Shown one piece after another: positions 62,030-64,000 of a stretch of 64,000 nucleotides of DNA. The translations under genes and the position numbers were made by a program. How positions within the stretch are numbered: the first letter of the stretch is position 1; each line of letters opens with the position of its first letter. Under the pieces are notes generated by a model, which searched no databases, was not told where the DNA came from, and worked only from the letters and a program-made list of their open reading frames with translations. The DNA lies in assembly GCA_049322955.1 (NCBI GenBank), contig JBMOPU010000012.1, forward strand, positions 211,581 to 275,580, written 5' to 3'. Source of the stretch: Patescibacteria group bacterium. Its GTDB lineage: Bacteria > Patescibacteriota > Microgenomatia > UBA10105 > UBA927.

Positions 62030-63558
62030 TATTCGTTGAATAACGGTTGTAACGCTTCGGCGATATGTCGTGCCACGGTGGAATTAGCGTCGGGAATCAC
62101 GTGACATTCGTCGATAAAAATCGGCGTGTCGGTTTCTTTCTTGAAGATGGTGCTCATATTGATAAAGTTGGGGATAGGGGTTTGCGCAAACCGTTGGTTG
62201 GCAAGGTCATGTGCCGAACGAATGACCGGATCGGTTTTGGGAAAGCGCCGTTCTTCTTCGGTCAGGGACTTACCGTATATGGTAGGTTGCCAAAGCAACA
62301 GGTAGCGGAATCCGTATCCGCGGGAGAGCGCATCGATAACATTGGCATTTTTTCGATAATTTTCTACGGCATGTGCGGCTATTTCGGCATCGGTAGGCGG
62401 TAACGGAGCCTTGTGCACGGGCAAATTCCGCAATCGTTTTATGACCGGAGAGAGGATTTGCCGGGAATACTGGATTATTTTAACGCGATCGACAATGGAT
62501 CGTCCCCAGTCGTTGAGGAGACCGGGAAACGTTCGATAGGCGAGTGACGCTTTCGGGAATACGATAGCATTCATGTCGCCGAGCATATCCCGTACGGTCT
62601 GTTCGTTACGAACAAGTTCCGGCGACGTGCGCAAATCATTGCACCCGTCATAAAAAACCACGATATCCGGTCGTTTACCTTCCTTAAGGAGGAGAAGCAG
62701 ATACATAAGTTCCTGATTGCTGTTATAGGAAATATGCCCGTAATTGACGACCGTTGCCCGCGGTTTATTTTTATTGAGTATTTGACTTACCCGGGAGGGA
62801 ATTGTTTCTTCATCTTTTGCGTATATACCCCAGGTGGTGGATCCGCCAAAAAACCAGATTACCGGGAGCGCTTCCTCCTTTGGGTTGCCGATAGTCCGTC
62901 GTGCCATATCGGGTTCAGTGTTGACATAGGGAGTCTGCATGCCGTTATATGTCCAACCAAGGAACGGGTGATAACGGGAGGTAAGCGTCGCATCAATCGT
63001 TGATGTCCATGCACTGCGTGCGTCGGTTGCATACCAGTCTTGCGCCTGTCGTTTGGCCCTCCCGATCGCGACAAAATAGCGTGATACGTCAACTAACTGA
63101 AACAGGAGTTCGAAGCAGAGCAGAAACAGGCCGATGACGACGATGCGGGTACCCCATGCGGACGGTTCCGTTACGGGTCGGGCTTTGCCTAAAACATGGC
63201 GGGGGTGCGTCGTATAGGGATCGCGCCGGTCGAGCCGATCGCCTTTTGTCACAAATTGCATCCCCGACGGCGCTATACGTTTCTCAATAACGCGGTGCAC
63301 GAGGATACCTTTCTTATCAGGGCGGACATACGCGATGATGTCGTTTTCCCGTATCGTATCGACGGGTACCCGGGTAATGCGTACTTTTTGACCGACACGG
63401 ATCGTGGGGGTCATGCTATCCGTTTTCGCATGCGCGATCACCGATGAACCGTAGGGAAGCCGTTTGACTAATGCATACACCGTACGGGAGGTATTTGCCC
63501 GATTTGTTTTATCGCGCTGTTTTTTTTCGGTTGACATACGCAGAGCAGAGTATATCAT
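62026..63558 (-). CDS. Fusion protein: Sec11/SipW-type (S26B, Ser/His) signal-peptidase-like domain, TM helix, then SGNH-hydrolase-like domain
   Basis: N-terminal part: TDSMTPTI (Ser box), VHRVIEK (His in the Lys-box position), TKGDRLDRRD. Then TM IVVIGLFLLCFELLF. Then FFGGSTTWG / DGCNDL / DECH (SGNH blocks I, III, V). Confidence 0.5.
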   Translation of the reverse strand: MIYSALRMSTEKKQRDKTNRANTSRTVYALVKRLPYGSSVIAHAKTDSMTPTIRVGQKVRITRVPVDTIRENDIIAYVRPDKKGILVHRVIEKRIAPSGMQFVTKGDRLDRRDPYTTHPRHVLGKARPVTEPSAWGTRIVVIGLFLLCFELLFQLVDVSRYFVAIGRAKRQAQDWYATDARSAWTSTIDATLTSRYHPFLGWTYNGMQTPYVNTEPDMARRTIGNPKEEALPVIWFFGGSTTWGIYAKDEETIPSRVSQILNKNKPRATVVNYGHISYNSNQELMYLLLLLKEGKRPDIVVFYDGCNDLRTSPELVRNEQTVRDMLGDMNAIVFPKASLAYRTFPGLLNDWGRSIVDRVKIIQYSRQILSPVIKRLRNLPVHKAPLPPTDAEIAAHAVENYRKNANVIDALSRGYGFRYLLLWQPTIYGKSLTEEERRFPKTDPVIRSAHDLANQRFAQTPIPNFINMSTIFKKETDTPIFIDECHVIPDANSTVARHIAEALQPLFNEY

Positions 63559-63667
63559 GGGCTCTATGCGGAAAGCCCGATCGCATCGGCATGCTCCCCA
63601 TCAACAATCCAAGCTCACTTCATTGCTGGAGTCATACCTTTCCCGGAGACGCGGGTACGTTTTTCGT

Positions 63668-64000
63668 ATGCCGAAGGAACAATCACCCGTGGTGCTGATG
63701 CTTTCGGGCGGTATGGATTCCGCGGTCGCGTGGCACGCCCTGATCCGGACCTATCGTCTCATTCCTTACCCGTTGGTCGTCGGACGCGGGAGGTGGGATC
63801 CGCAGGTGCGGGCCGTTCATGCGATATCGGACGAAATCAGACAACGGTTTCCCGACGTGTGGCGTCCGCCGCACGTCGTATATACAAAGGACGCGTTACG
63901 GTCCGTATATCCGTCCCGTGACCCGCGTCGTATGGACCCACAGGAGATTTTGGAGCAATACAGTACCGCAAACGATTTCCTTTCCAATCCTCGATTATGG
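63668..64000 (+). CDS. PP-loop ATP-pyrophosphatase family protein (QueC-like?), 3'-truncated by the window end. Not in the ORF track
   Basis: Frame 2 is open from ATG 63557 (or 63668) to the window end. PVVLMLSGGMDSAVAWHAL contains the SGGxDS PP-loop. Confidence 0.5.
   Translation, partial: MPKEQSPVVLMLSGGMDSAVAWHALIRTYRLIPYPLVVGRGRWDPQVRAVHAISDEIRQRFPDVWRPPHVVYTKDALRSVYPSRDPRRMDPQEILEQYSTANDFLSNPRLW

Noticed and set aside
1-64000. tRNA, rRNA, CRISPR arrays, IS elements and integrases
   Set aside because: No T-loop-like GGTTCGANTCC, no spaced direct-repeat arrays, no transposase or integrase ORFs. Intergenic space is minimal outside the three spacers discussed.

Overview
This 64-kb window holds two things: most of one giant gene, and a dense glycosylation/modification island on both strands. 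The genetic code looks standard (TGA is used as a stop) and GC is moderate, so I take this to be an uncultivated bacterium. Giant-gene lineages such as Omnitrophota or CPR-like bacteria are possible hosts, but that is speculation.

**Part 1, giant gene (nt 9-34733, + strand).** A single uninterrupted ORF of at least 11,574 codons with no in-frame stop. The ORF track starts it at a GTG at nt 9, so it very probably continues upstream of the window. Read directly from the translation, it contains:
- a Walker-A P-loop (GGAGKT) near the window start;
- at least two clear FHA domains plus two FHA-like domains;
- a good GGDEF-type domain with a GGDEY active-site variant, and a degenerate second copy;
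- two HExxH metallopeptidase-like motifs (HEFTH near nt 8.1 kb, HEYMH at the extreme C-terminus);
- a cluster of about 5-6 transmembrane helices in the middle of the protein;
- a C-terminal domain of about 330 residues with about 40 cysteines;
- three kinds of internal repeated sequence modules.

**Part 2, glycosylation/modification island (nt 34745-63558).** Beginning 12 bp after the giant gene and running to about nt 63.6 kb:
- a PIG-L/LmbE-type deacetylase;
- eight polytopic GT-C-type membrane proteins (two YfhO-like, two PMT_2/ArnT-like with a DE motif, three mutual paralogs, and one carrying a C-terminal NPCBM-like carbohydrate-binding domain);
- an Arn-like aminosugar set: a DegT/ArnB-type aminotransferase, a hexapeptide-repeat acetyltransferase, and GtrB/ArnC-like GT2 enzymes;
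- a HAD hydrolase, an RmlC-like cupin epimerase, two SAM methyltransferases, and a group-II PLP-dependent decarboxylase.

**Most interesting small module (- strand, nt 59728-63558).** A compact operon with:
- an archaeal/Sec11-SipW-type signal peptidase (Ser/His) fused to an SGNH-hydrolase-like domain;
- a previously unannotated 21-23-aa ORF whose sequence resembles a PqqA leader peptide (RKPA, IEVVLV);
- a PqqD-like RiPP-recognition-element protein, translationally coupled by an ATGA overlap to a GT2 glycosyltransferase;
- a membrane-anchored spermidine-synthase-fold protein.

I read this as a candidate new RiPP-like peptide-glycosylation system that has no PqqB/C/E enzymes. This and the 5'-truncated multi-domain giant protein are the two candidates for a previously undescribed system.

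I found no tRNA, rRNA, CRISPR array or mobile element. A 5'-partial PP-loop ATPase gene runs off the 3' end of the window.
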